A stretch of DNA of 64,000 nucleotides from Stylophora pistillata. Lineage: Eukaryota. Below, in pieces: positions 1 through 12,871 of this stretch (position 1 is the stretch's first letter; each line of letters begins with the position of its first letter). Under the pieces are notes generated by a model that had not been told where the DNA came from, searched no databases, and worked only from the letters and a program-made list of their open reading frames with translations. The translations under genes and the position numbers were made by a program. Location: NCBI RefSeq assembly GCF_002571385.2, contig NW_019217844.1, forward strand, positions 466,240 through 530,239. The letters are read 5' to 3'.

Positions 1-214
1 AAAATGACAAACAAGCCAGTTTTCGCTACTTATATTATACATTCTGGTTTAAATAAATAAGAATTTCTTTAATCCGCAATGTCGGAATGTACTTAAACTT
101 CCCCATCGATCAAGTACAGTGTTCTTTAAATAAAAAAGAAACTCGAATCTCTAGCTAGCTACGTAAATAACACACTGCATTTTGTTCAAATTACATTTTC
201 CATGTTTTCATACA

Positions 215-3200
215 TCATGCCATGCCATACGTGGGCTCTAGTGAGTACATCCGCTGTCTTCTTGAAGATACCACTCTACCGTAAGGCTCAGAAAAGCAGC
301 GCTCGTGACTGGCCGGAGTCCATTTAAATTTTTCCAAATCATTCCAGACGTCCGTTTGCTCCGGCGATATAACGGCCAGAGGAGGAAGTCTCGCCGGGGC
401 ATGCGTCACAGGCGGACAATAAAACTCCTGTGTATCCTGATTTCGCGCCTTTATTTGTGCCACGCGCTCCTTTGCGGCCGCCTTGCGCTGACTGGCTTCC
501 CGTGTCAATTGCGAATCCAGCTCAGCCCGTGCCATGGCCGTCTCAGCTTGACGTAACAACTGCCGGTGTTCCATGTATCGACGTACCAAAGCTTGTTGAT
601 CTTGTGATACTTCTTTTCCCTTACGCACGGTATCTTCAATTTCTTGCACACGCTCGCCTCTCTGTGAGGCGCGGTCATGGCGCTGCAACGCGTTGGAGAT
701 GGACGTGTGCTGACAATTGAAGTCTGATATGAACGCCCAATCCGCCCGTCTGGATTTCAGTTGCTCCGCAGTGACAGCTCGTGCTGTCGACAGCCGTTCG
801 TGTTCAATAATTTCCTTCGCTTGCTGCTCTTTGAGAGCCTCGGCGGTCCTCACACCATCTCGAACTCTCCTCCTCAGCGATGCCTCCTTGTACTCCTGTT
901 TAAATATCTTGACCCGTTCTTTAGCTTGCTCGCGGTCTTCTCTTATCTGCGCCACTGCGACGGCTTTTGAAGAGACAGCATCAGCTCGCTCCCTTTCTCT
1001 GTAGGCATGCTGAACGGCTCGTAAACACGCCAAGCCCATCGTGCCATGAGTGCGGATGAATAATCTTTGGTCTGTGGTGACCGTTTGACGTTTAGTAACA
1101 ACTTTCTTCGGTTCATCAATTGCTTTCTTTTCTATTTCTCTTGCCGCCTTTCTAACGTCCCTTCCAGCCTCCTGTTTAGAAATAAGCATTTCTCGCAGCG
1201 GGTCAATTGTTAGAATTGGGGGGCAAAGACCCGACAAACGAAATCGTTGTTTCTTCGGCTCATGCTCGGTGTCGTTTGGTTCACATTCGGTGCGCGGGTG
1301 CGTGTCGACAACTCGCCCCAAGAAAACCCGTACATTGGTATACTTGCCGATTCGGTCCGGCTTTTTTCTCTTTCTCTCTTTTTCTCCCATTTTTTGTTCC
1401 TCCTGTTGCAGCTCCTTACTCTTCGCTCGGATGTCATTTCGTGTGGCTAACTTGATCCGCATCGACTCACGACTTTCAATCATACTTTTTCTGAGCTTGA
1501 TATCGATCACACCCACGTTCTTGTGACTAGTTACAGCTTCCTTTTTAGCCCTAATTACGTCAGAAGTACTAGTTTCCAGTTTCTTCAGGTTCAAAGAAAT
1601 TCTAGTAGTAATTCTGACCGGGAAACTGTCTTTCCTTGGAATCTCAAAATCTTCTACCGGGGAAGTAGCAATTCTTCCCTCTGTTCTCCTTTCGCCTTCC
1701 TCAGTGATGCTTCCGATAGGTTCCACGGTAATGGACACATTACGACTACGTGGGCATCTTGCAAAGCTCCCAGCGGAGGTCCTGGGACTGATCGGATAAC
1801 CGGGTTTTACTCCATGCAAATACACCTCGTAATCAAAGCTAGTCTGGGCCGAGTTGGAACGGCTGGGGGCTGGGGATGTTGGTGGTGGAAGCGTACCCCC
1901 GTCTGTGTATCCTTTGTAGTGACGGTAATAGCGCTGAATGGAGACTGCAGCCCTGATGACGAGACACAAAAAAAAAATACTTGAGGAGCAGGTTTAGCTA
2001 GTTATTCAGCCCCACGTACGGAAGAAAAAGAGAACATCCATGGTCACTTATTTCTTTCTTTTCATTTTCTTTCAAATACTAGAGAAGTAAGTTCACCAGT
2101 TACATCAAGATAATACCCTTCCACAACACTTTGTCTATTCTACTTTCCGGTTTGTTGATATTGTAAGGAGAAGTTATGCATTGATCACTGGGCATCAAAA
2201 GGGTGAACAATAAGTGAGGACCAAAAAGCAAAACATTTGGTACCTCTATGGTGAAAAAGGGGAGATTAAATTCAAAGTAAAGCAATTTTTGATTGCATGT
2301 CAAAGGTAATCCGGTCTCACACTGGTTTTGCTTAATGACAGCTTTACACTGGTCCTGAAAACTTGTATAATCCTCTCGTTCACTTGTGTTTCCTCATGCT
2401 GCTTATGATACTTTACTTTAGTTTTGATGGGCCAGTGTGATCAGATTTGCCTTAAAATGTCCGATTTAAATGCTTTCTGGACTTTTAATCCTGGATTTGT
2501 GCCAGCTTCCCTAAACCTTTTAAGACCTGAGAGTGACCAGCATCTAAGTTCTCCTTACAGCAATACTGTTGAATCTCTCATAACAATAATGAGGGTAAAA
2601 AAAAATGATTGCTTATTAAGAAGCTTTGCTGAGAAGCTCCCTGGAATTGGAAATGTAAAGAGAGAGCATTATGGAGAATATGGTTGATGATTTTAGGGTA
2701 TAATGGGTTAAGACTATTAACTTAACTATGTTTGAGCCAAGGCACATACATTAAACTCTAGTTTGCTTCAGTCTTACCATAATCTCGTGTCTTGAATGAA
2801 CTTAAACCTCAGTCTTGTCAAGTGTCCACGGATGCATTTCTGTATTATCAACACAGGGCAATATTTTGCCTGAATTCCATTCACTTCAGCAGTAAGTCGG
2901 TTAACTTCTTTTATAGCTTCTTTGTAAGTGTTCTCCTGAAAGAACCAAATAAATTGATCTTCTTAACTTGACCAGATACAATTTATTTACAGAGGTTATC
3001 AAGCCACATTGTATGATACAGCATATACCTTCATTACTAGTTATAGGTTTTAATTTTCTCAAAGACTTTACCTTGGCCACCAAAGCTAAACAATACAGAA
3101 ATAGGTTGAACAGAAAGTAAATTGAAAGACAGCTTTACTGTAAAGAAAAACATCAAACAATTGTTGTGAACAAGGAATAGAGACAAATCTGTCTTGTGTA

Positions 3201-5190
3201 AGGATTCAAACCCCTTAAGCAAATATGATTTTTCCATTGTAAGCTCTGCCATGCTCTACCTGACATGTGTACTTGAAATAAATTATTTCAAATGCCCTCA
3301 CAAGCTTCACAAGTTTAACACCTTTTGATTTAAATATAGGATTTGATTTGATTTTATCTGATGCAACTGAAGTCAGGTGACTTGATTGACGGCCAAGCCA
3401 GATACTCAAGACATATTTATTTCTTACCTTTGTGAGAGAACAAGAACAGTTAAAGTAAAAACTTGATTGTAGGGGTGCAAAGCGACCACCAAAGGATGAA
3501 TCCTCTATGATTTCTTCGTCAGAAATGACATAATTGTCCAGGGATTTCAGTGACCACAAACTGTTCACCAAATGATGTCTGTAGTTTGGTTTCAAGCTGA
3601 GAGGAGTGTCATGTAGAGTCAGAATAGAAATGCTTGGAGATGCAGCCATATAGTTCACATCATCAAGTTTAGAAATGCTGTTGTTGTGTAGAAAAACAAC
3701 CTTAAGTTCGATGAGTGATGCCCAAAACTTGTGATTAGGGAGTTTTGCTATCTGATGAGAAAAGATCAGAGATTTTGTCCTTCATATATGCTGCTAAAAG
3801 GTCTAATCCTATTATTACAATCATCATCATTATCAACATTAACTTAACTATCATCAATTTTGATATATAAATACAAACTATAAAGTAGTCAGTAAAGTAA
3901 AGTCTGTTTACGAGCCTAGTGGCCCATTAGGCCGGTGCTTAACTCCGGTTTCTGTAGCATGAAGCAACTAGGAGTATTTCTACTCCCCCCCTGGATGGGA
4001 TGCTAGTCCATCACAGGGTTACCCCCAGCATTAAATTGTCAGTACCCATTTATACACCTGGGTGAAGAGAGGCACTGTGAGAGTAAAGTGTCTTGCCTAA
4101 GAACACAACAGAATGTCCCGGCCGGGGCACGAACCCAGACCACTCGATCCGGAGTCGAGCACACTAACCATGAGGCCATCGCGCCTCCACACAAACTATA
4201 AAGTATAAAATATAAATTAAAAATACATACAATAGCCATTCACCAAAAATAAGTTTATAGTGAAAAATGCCAGCTACATCTACTTTATTACTCTTCAACG
4301 CTATTACACTGGGTTCGCTAGTAGTGCTTCTGGAGAACTCTGAATGTGTATGTTTAATAATGTAAAAGATCAGCAAGGAAAACTAAATAAATAATACAAC
4401 GTTTCCCCTCCCGCTTTCAGGAATACTTGCGTTAATTGACAGGTTTTTCAATTTCAATATGGAATAAAGTAGAGACATCGTATAAATACGTAAAAATACT
4501 AGTAAGTAACTGTTGAATAATCTCCATTTTTAGTGAAAAAATGCGTCAAGGCATCGAAATTAAGTCAAAGAATTATGCTTAGTAGCCGGAGAATTCTCCG
4601 ATGTCCGATGCCTCATAAACCAGCTCGGGTCCACCAGTGTGATGGTGTAGATGTCCCGGGAACCTTTGATAAGACAACCTTCTTGGTGGTTTGAGATAGT
4701 GAGAACCGAAATTCACTCATGATATAGTGAAAATGAAACGATGCCACTTTGAAAATCTGAAACGTTCGGAATTGACTCGAGTGTATGTAAAGCTTCGAAG
4801 TACACGGCAAACAGGGAATGAAAAGCTCACCTGATTATTATGCAAATCTAAGTAAACAAGATCCCTACAAGATGACAGAGAATCAAATGAAGAAATGTAG
4901 TTGGAATGCAAAACGCATATTCGAAGTCTCGTGCACCAGTTAATAGTTTGAACTGTATGAAGGCATATCCTACTCATATTCAGGTAGTTTACGTCATCAA
5001 GATCGCACTTTTCGCCGATACTTTCCCAAATATCATTCGTTGTTGGAGTGCGCAGATAGCCTCGCTCGAGAGCATTTCTGACAACTTCTGCCTCTCGTTG
5101 CTTCTCAAACTTAGACTTTTGAGACTTCTTTAAAACAATTCCTTTTCCAGGAGTCTTCGGAGAGTCCTTGTTGGAACCCTCAAAAACCAT
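215..5190 (-). CDS. LRRIQ3: Leucine-rich repeat and IQ domain-containing protein 3-like (about 859 aa, 4 exons)
   Basis: Exons 5190-4831, 3751-3428, 2935-2778, 1952-215, all GT-AG with consistent phases (0,0,2). LRRs (LRICVLHSNYI, LVYLDLHNNQI, LKVVFLHNNSI), LRR cap (YRHHLVNSLWSLKSLD), IQ motifs (IQKCIRGHLTR, IQRYYRHYK) and a long C-terminal coiled coil. Confidence 0.85.
3891..4190 (-). mobile_element. tRNA-derived SINE, family A (CORE-like central domain), in LRRIQ3 intron 1
   Basis: Minus strand has A-box TGGCCTCATGG and B-box GGTTCGTGCC, a central GTGTTCTTAGGCAAGACACTT...TAAATGGGTAC segment resembling the MIR/CORE domain, and a short (CTTTA)n tail. Homologous copies at 56367-56660 and 31393-31708. 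Confidence 0.8.
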
Positions 5191-5275
5191 CGTAGAGCGC
5201 AAAAGCTCTTACACTGTTGGGATCAACTCTGCGAAACAACAACGCCGGGATGCCGTAACAATAGCTTTTCTGTGG

Positions 5276-5289
5276 GTTGCCTTAGCAAC
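5276..5289. promoter_or_regulatory. RFX X-box motif upstream of LRRIQ3
   Basis: GTTGCCTTAGCAAC matches the palindromic X-box consensus GTYNCCnnRGYAAC and lies about 86 bp upstream of the ATG at 5190. Confidence 0.65.
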
Positions 5290-6591
5290 AGAGTGTTCAG
5301 CGTACGACACAAAGTAAAGATGCGCGCTCTTCGAAAGCCCCCGAGATCCCGTAGAGGCCAAAGTGTTGACTGACGAAAAAAAAATTACTTTTAAAAGTTT
5401 CATTGTTTTAACTCAACTCTGAGTCAATATCCAAAGTTAGCAATTGACCATATCATCTGTGCAAGACTTTATATGCATGACAACAAAGCCTTCGAAGGCA
5501 CCATTTCGGTTTGAAATAGATCTTTGTAGCGTTCCTAGATTGGTCACGTGGCCTAAAGTCGCAGCGTAAATTAACTGCCTAGCGTAGAGAATGGTACATT
5601 ATCAGACTGTCATCTTGATTTCTAAATGTCATGGTTGTTTTCATTTTCTTTTAAAACAGATATGGACTTTAAGAATAAAATAAATCAAATTATACATCTA
5701 GTACAGAAGCCGTGCTGTAACCATTTCGAAGACGAGGATTTTAAGTTTGCAGACAGTCGAACTAGGAGGTGGAAAGTGAGTGATGGTGCCTGTCCTTCAT
5801 CGTTTTTATGGTCAACGAGAAGCTATTTCAAAAAGAAAAAGTGTTTCGTTTCCAGCCGTGATTATGTTAGGCGTGGTTTTCACAGGTCAGGAAATTTCAG
5901 ACTAAAATTATTTACTTAAAGGCTCGGGAAAAGTTACGGAATTTCACTTTGAGTCACGGAAAATTTACTACTTTGAAAGAAGGCAGGGAAAAGTGAAATA
6001 TCAAGTAAATATGAAATTGTTCATCTTGTCTTGGTCCTCTTCGTGTTGAAAGGCGGTGACACTTTCATTTTTGAAGTTGATCGTTTACATTGTTCACAAC
6101 AGTTGACAGATTCCTGACGGACGAGCATATCCTGATTCAAGTTGAAGTTGGCTTGTGAATGAAATCATGAATGCTGACTCTAAGCCCAGCGTAAACTGAG
6201 CGTTATACCTGAAAATTATAAATCTCCCAGGGATTGCTTAACTCTGTCGATATATGACTATGATAATTGGATTGTAAAGGTTGTCTCGGTTTCATAAATT
6301 TTAAGCGGCATTTCCGACTGCCGCTCAGTTAGTTATTCGAGAACCGTGACAGGCAGTCGACCTCTGACGCAATTTTTAAGCGCGGACATCTGCAACATTC
6401 ATTCATGACTCCGTACTTTGAGCCCTGCGATAGACGTGACCGAGCTTCGACAAACCACGTGACCACATCGTTTCTCCTCTAGGCGGAAAATGAAAGTTTC
6501 TCTTTCACCTCTTTTAAATACACTAACCAAGGACTGTTGCCCATATTAACATAACATAAGTGCCAGGAATTTATGCCGACCTTACTCGCAA

Positions 6592-7627
6592 GGAGGTTAT
6601 ATGAAAATGAGGTCGAAGCAACTTTTGAACCAGAACGTACCGCGGTCGTAGGCCGCACACTAGGCGGTGTGCGCATTCTGATTACGTTGCATCATGGTCG
6701 TAAAACAAAAATTGAGTCATTTGCATCTTGACGCGTTGGAGTGCACTTCTTTGGTGGCAGCGAGGTATAATGGGGATTCACTGTCCATTGCCGTTCCTTC
6801 AAAAGTTAAAAAGTTTACCGGACGAGCCTGCGCGAATCCCGTCATTCCTCCGTGACAAATTCGTTCTTAGGAGGCAACTGACGTTATTAAGAAAGATTCG
6901 AAACCGCAATCTGCCTAAGAATCTCAACACAAATGGCAACAGTTACACTCACAACCGACGGTGGAATGAGTAATTTCAAAGTCAGAAATGATATTCCTAG
7001 ACGCGAGTTATTTAACAGGGAATTGACCCTTGACATGGAAATGCATATAAAAGAGACGGAGACCTTGTAATACACGAACTTTTTCCACCAAGCGTATGTA
7101 AATACGGGATTTGTGAAAGGAGAAGCCCCACGCCTCTTAAGAACGAATTTGTCTCGCTCCACGTTTAGTAAAAACGTACAGAGTTTCACTATACCCTTCG
7201 AGAAAGAATAGGGGAAACCTAGATGAGGGCTTTGAGAAAAGGTATCTCTGGAGTTATTTCTGCACAGAAGAAAATATTGCCTTCTGTCATCCGGCTTTGC
7301 CAAACCTCAAGAACATGAGATGGGGAAATGACACCTCAAAACTGACCCCTATTATCACATCGCAAAAGAGAGTCATTAGGAGATATCCCAATAAGACCTA
7401 AACTTTGAGGGTAGAAGATTTAAAAGGGCTAGCGAATGGTACTGACACCTTTAAACGGTCGACTACCTTTGCTTTCCGGCTTTCCGGCGTGTCGCCTCAC
7501 GCAAGATAGACGCTTTTATGGATCAAGGGACTCTTTTCATTGCTCTAATTAAACTGTCCTTCATTCAGTGATCAAAATAGAAGATTTACCACACGACACT
7601 CGCGATTAGTTAATTTTCCTTCTCTAA
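6592..7627 (+). repeat. Roughly 1-kb duplicated segment, copy 1, containing a decayed Penelope-like RT C-terminal fragment
   Basis: Aligns by eye with 8485-9494. Broken frames read HIKETETL*YTNFF..GFVKGEAPRLLRTN..SLGDIPIRPKL*, resembling the PLE motifs KPTETFQY / GFIKGEALRLLRTN / SLKDILVRAKL. Confidence 0.75.
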
Positions 7628-8137
7628 GGGAAAGTAGATCTACAACAAGATTTAGTACAAACAGTAAATGTCCTTGCAGTAGTAACGCTATGTAACGCAA
7701 CACACTAAACGTAACAATGGGCCTTTTCGCTCCACAAAAGAGTCTCAAACACTATCACTTAAAATACAGAAAACATTTGTACCATTGGAGTGCGTTTGAG
7801 CGCGTTTGGTCAGAGCTGTTGAAGAAGGATCAAAGTGGCCATACAAATCTTTGAAAGGCTTCAAACTACGACGTACAACGAATTTGACCTTCTCGAAAAC
7901 CAGTTTCAAATTACATGTCAAAAAACAGTGCTTGCGTTTCTCCTTGAGAACGATAGAATACGCGACAAATACGTACGAAAAATACCTCTACGCATTCAGA
8001 ATATATCAAATTATCAGATAGAACGAAATATATGAAGTTCATATATTTCATATATCAAATCATATTCACCTATAGCGAAAGGAAAAAGAAACGGCCTAAC
8101 TTTCACGGAATGTTCAGTCAAAACCTGCCGATTTCTG

Positions 8138-8469
8138 CACAGGCAGCCCAAGCTCACCACTAGAAAAGCAGACGTGACTCATGCAGTGTTGCGCAACGTT
8201 TTATATTCATAAAGGTTTGTATGGGATGTCATCGGTTTGCCTTAAAAGAGAGAAAAAATGTCTTGTTTTGAAATAAAATGGACTTACCTTATTGCTTTGT
8301 TGTTTTCTTTGTTGATTACCAGCGTCTCAGGCCATTTTGAAGCGTTTTCGGCGAGTTAGCGCTTATTTGGTGTTCACCAAAATAGCGCTAACTCGGGTAG
8401 AAAACAACAAGGCAATAAGCCTGTAAGAGTCACGTCCGCTTTCCTAGTAGTGAGCTTGGGCTACCTGTA
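8138..8469. mobile_element. Non-autonomous DNA transposon (MITE), P-superfamily-like
   Basis: About 43-bp imperfect TIRs CACAGGCAGCCCAAGCTCACCACTAG.../...CTAGTAGTGAGCTTGGGCTACCTGTA, internal palindromes, and flanks ATTTCTG / ACTTCTG (7-bp TSD, 1 mismatch). Confidence 0.7.
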
Positions 8470-8484
8470 ACTTCTGNNNNNNNN

Positions 8485-9494
8485 GGAGGTTATATGAAAA
8501 TGAGGTCGAAGCAACTTTTGAACCAGAACGTACCGCGGTCGTAGGCCGCACACTAGGCGGTGTGCGCACTCTGATTACGTTGCATCATGGTCGTGAAACA
8601 AAAATTGAGTCATTTGCATCTTGACGCGTTGGAGTGCACTTCTTTGGTGGCAGCGAGGTGTAATGGAGATTCACTATCCTTTGCCGTTCCTTCAAAGTTA
8701 AAAAGTTTGCCGGACGGGCCTACGCGAATCCCGTCATTCCTCCGTGACAAATTCGTTCTTGGGAGGCAACTGACGTTATTAAGAAAGATTCGAAACTGCA
8801 ATCTGCCTAAGAATCTCGACAAAAATGGCAACAGTTACACTCACAACCGACGGTGGGATGAGTAATTTCAAAGTCAGAAATTATATTCCTAGACGCGAGT
8901 TATTTAACAGGGAATTGACCCTTGACATGGAAATGCATATTAAAGAGACAGAGACCTTGTAATACACGAACTTTTTCCACCAAGCGTAAATGAGGGATTT
9001 GTAAAAGGAGAAGCTCCACGCCTCCTAAGAACGAATTTGTCTCGCTCCACGTTTAGTAAAAACGTACAGAGTTTCAAAATACCCTTCGAGAATAGGGGAA
9101 ACCTGGATGAGGGCTTTGAGAAACAGTATCTCTGGAGTTATTTCTCCACAGAAGAAAATACTGCCTTCTGTAACACAATCGGCTCATCCGGCTCTGCCAA
9201 ACCTCAAGAACATACAGATGGGGAAATGACACGCCAAAGAAAGTCATTAAGAGATATCCCAACAGGACCTAAACTTGAGGGTAGAAGATTTAAAAGGGCT
9301 AGCGAATGGTAACACCTTTCAACGGTCGACTACCTTTACTTTCCGGCTTTTCGGCGTGTCGCCTCACGCAAGGTAGACGTTTTCATGGACGAAGGGACTC
9401 TTTTCATTGCTCTAATTAAACTGTCCTTCATTCAGGGATCAAAATAGAAGATTTACCACACGACACTTGTGATTAGTTAATTTTCCTTCTCTAA
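8485..9494 (+). repeat. Roughly 1-kb duplicated segment, copy 2
   Basis: Direct repeat of 6592-7627 with scattered substitutions and indels. It begins at an 8-N gap. Confidence 0.8.
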
Positions 9495-10175
9495 AGAACG
9501 GGAAAGCAGGCGGCGTCGACAACATAGTAGCAGAGCTTCTCAAAGCCGGCAGACTTGGAAATATCCACCCAAAAGCTATATGGAATAATTCAATTAATAT
9601 GGGAAGAAGAACGAGCCCCCTTAGAAGGGTTAGAAGGGTTAATCATCAAGCTACCCAAGAAAGGAAACCTAGGGGACTGCACCAACTGCCGAGGTATAAC
9701 CTTACTCATTATTGCGAGCAAAGTCCTAGGCAAGACTCTCATGGAGCGCATGAAGCAAGAAATAGATGCGAAACTACGTCAAGAACAAGCTGGATTTCGC
9801 CACGGACGAAGTACCACCGAACAGATATTCATACTACGCAAGATTATCGAACAGACACTTGAATGGCAGGCTTCCCTGATCCTGAACTTCATCGACTTCG
9901 AGAAAGCATTTGATTCGTTACATAGGGACAGCCTTTGGGATATTATGAAGCTATATGGAATACCGAGTAAACTCATCAGAATAATCCAACTCCTTTACCA
10001 AGATTCCAAATCTGCAGTCCTTGATGGAGGTGAAGCATCCAAATGGTTCCAAGTAAAAACTGGCGTCAAGCAAGGTTGTGTAATGTCAGGCTTCTTATTC
10101 CTCCTCGCCATCGACTGGATAATGCAAGAGACAACCAATCTAGCAAAGACAGGCATCAGATGGAAATTCACCTCA
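9495..10175 (+). mobile_element. RTE-clade LINE reverse transcriptase fragment
   Basis: IIKLPKKGNLGDCTNCRGITLL, EQAGFRHGRSTTEQIF, FIDFEKAFDSLHR, TGVKQGCVMS. The sequence runs into the gap at 10176-10600. Confidence 0.9.
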
Positions 10176-11499
10176 NNNNNNNNNNNNNNNNNNNNNNNNN
10201 NNNNNNNNNNNNNNNNNNNNNNNNNNNNNNNNNNNNNNNNNNNNNNNNNNNNNNNNNNNNNNNNNNNNNNNNNNNNNNNNNNNNNNNNNNNNNNNNNNNN
10301 NNNNNNNNNNNNNNNNNNNNNNNNNNNNNNNNNNNNNNNNNNNNNNNNNNNNNNNNNNNNNNNNNNNNNNNNNNNNNNNNNNNNNNNNNNNNNNNNNNNN
10401 NNNNNNNNNNNNNNNNNNNNNNNNNNNNNNNNNNNNNNNNNNNNNNNNNNNNNNNNNNNNNNNNNNNNNNNNNNNNNNNNNNNNNNNNNNNNNNNNNNNN
10501 NNNNNNNNNNNNNNNNNNNNNNNNNNNNNNNNNNNNNNNNNNNNNNNNNNNNNNNNNNNNNNNNNNNNNNNNNNNNNNNNNNNNNNNNNNNNNNNNNNNN
10601 NACTTTAAGTCAAATAGTTATTAATAATAGTTGAAATAAAAATAGAAAAGCTTATAGGACTATAATTATAAGGAATTTCATGGGTATATATTATTTGAGC
10701 TCTTACAAAATCATACAATGTCATTATCTGCTTGCATTTAATAGTAGAGTAGTTTTCAGAAATACATGAAACTTGTATAAAGTAGTATGTGCATAAGTCA
10801 ATAACTTCAAAAGGAAACAATGGTATAGTAATCACTTCTGTGTATTATTTTAATGACTCTTTCAATTGTTTATGATAACCACTCTAATCATTTACTTCAG
10901 AACTGTCAAACCTATCAAAGGTAACATTTTAAAAACTGCAACTTGATTAGTTTACTAATAGCAAAGTTGCTCCACCTACTAAAAAGTGTTTATGCATTCT
11001 GTAAAGTAAAACACATGACTATGATTGTAAACTTTCTTCTAAACAATGCCAAAACCTGGAGAGTTAAGCATACAAAATATGAAATCTCCTTTAAATGACC
11101 CATAACTAGATAACAGATTGTCTGTAACTGTAATATACAGTACATTAGAGCAAGTGCTAATGTAGAGCTTTTTATTCCCCTCGTGTATGAAAACAATTGA
11201 AGGCCTGGGATGTAAACCTAACGGAGGGATACTCCTACTCCTTGTTAAAAATGCTAATATACCTTCAAGAGAAATATTTACTGAAGCGAACTCCTCGATT
11301 GATTTGGTTTAATCACAACGATGAAACAGATCTACAGGATAAATCACAAAATCCAAACACTAAGTAATGCGAACTATTAAACTAAACAAAACACAATATA
11401 ATAGACTTACGCTAATAAGTTCAATTGGCAAGGTATTTGTTGATGCTCATGAGTTTTAGTGTCCGAAACGATCTGGCTGACTAGCACAGGTCAGCGGTC

Positions 11500-12406
11500 C
11501 TAATGAGTCCTCAGTATGTGGCCAGCGGTAGTCCCATCATTTACTGTAACATAGGAATCAGTACTACTATCATAGACCTCATTCTTAACAAGACCTTGTT
11601 CAACATCTTCCAACAATTGGTTCCAATAAAAAAAAATGGTCTTTTCTTTTTCACTTTTGTTGCTTCCTTCAGGAGCTAACTTGACAGTAAATAGGCCATC
11701 TATTAATTCTGTATTTAAAGTACTACTAGAAAATTCAAATATATTCCTTGCCTCAGTGGGGTGATTCCTCAGCATATGTAAAATCCCAACTGCGTTTAAC
11801 CCATCAATAAACTGATTCATTTCACCAAGAGAAGGTGTTAAAGTGTAATGGATTGTGGCAGCTGTTAAAAACTTGGCCTTATTGGAAAAGACTATTGCTT
11901 TGGTATAGCCCATATCATAAAATGATTCACTGTAATAAGAGTTAGCTTTCTCTTCAAATAACTTTGGGTCATCTACACTATTTAGTTCTTTCAACTTTCC
12001 TTTTACATCTTTATTGGGAATACTGTCGATATTGCTCTTAACATGCTTAACATCACCATGTAAAAGATAGTCCACAACTGGTGGACAGAAAAACTGGGGA
12101 CCCCCACTACCATTAACAATGGCCAAACCACAACATAAACCATACTTGAAGTAATCATTTTGCTGAAGTGCAATTAGATTATGTCCAAAGATTTTACCAT
12201 TTCCTTCTTCTCCAACAAACAAAGATGAATAATATAATTCTTTATGGATTAAGGAAAAGAATTCTCTTTTGGGCCCTCCCTGGTCAACCCCAGCCTCACC
12301 CACAAATTGCACTTTTACTTAACTATTTTTATTAAGATCTTCCTTCTTTACCCTGTCACATTTCATCTTTGTGTCTTGCCATAAAGAGCTTCTTCTTACT
12401 TTGAAC
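11500..12406 (-). pseudogene. Truncated G2E3-like HECT E3 ligase domain fragment
   Basis: VRRSSLWQDT..(frameshift/stop)..VQFVGEAGVDQGGPKREFF, HECT N-lobe, QFIDGLNAVGIL. The ORF stops before the catalytic xTC motif. Splice acceptor TTTTCTCAG near 12407. Confidence 0.7.
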
Positions 12407-12871
12407 CTGAGAAAAATAACAGGACATTACTGGTAGTTTCTAACTAGAAAGTGAGTGTTGTAAGTAAGAAAGGCACTGTTTTGAGGGATTTGAAACAGTA
12501 GCTCAACAAACAGGGTACACATGTTTCAACTGAAAGTATGTACATAACTATTTATTTAAAAATAAGCAAAATGACTTCTGTCGCTGTTTATAAGTTGTAT
12601 TGCAAGAGTGTTCAACCATGTAAAATTGATTTGCCAAACTGAAATACATGAATAAAATGAGATTCTAATGAGATTCTTAACTTCATGTATTAGTATAGTA
12701 GGTGGACCATCACAGCGAATGAACAATCTAGGAAATTGTAATAGAATGTTGAAAGACCTGAAAATATTTTCGGGCTTCCCATTAATCACCCAGATTGTTT
12801 ATTCACTGCGACGGTCCACCTAATGTACTAATACACATATCTACCGAAGTTCAGTTCAGACCATTTAAGAN

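Noticed and set aside
305-1984. Several plus-strand ORFs
   Set aside because: They are antisense shadows of the large LRRIQ3 exon.
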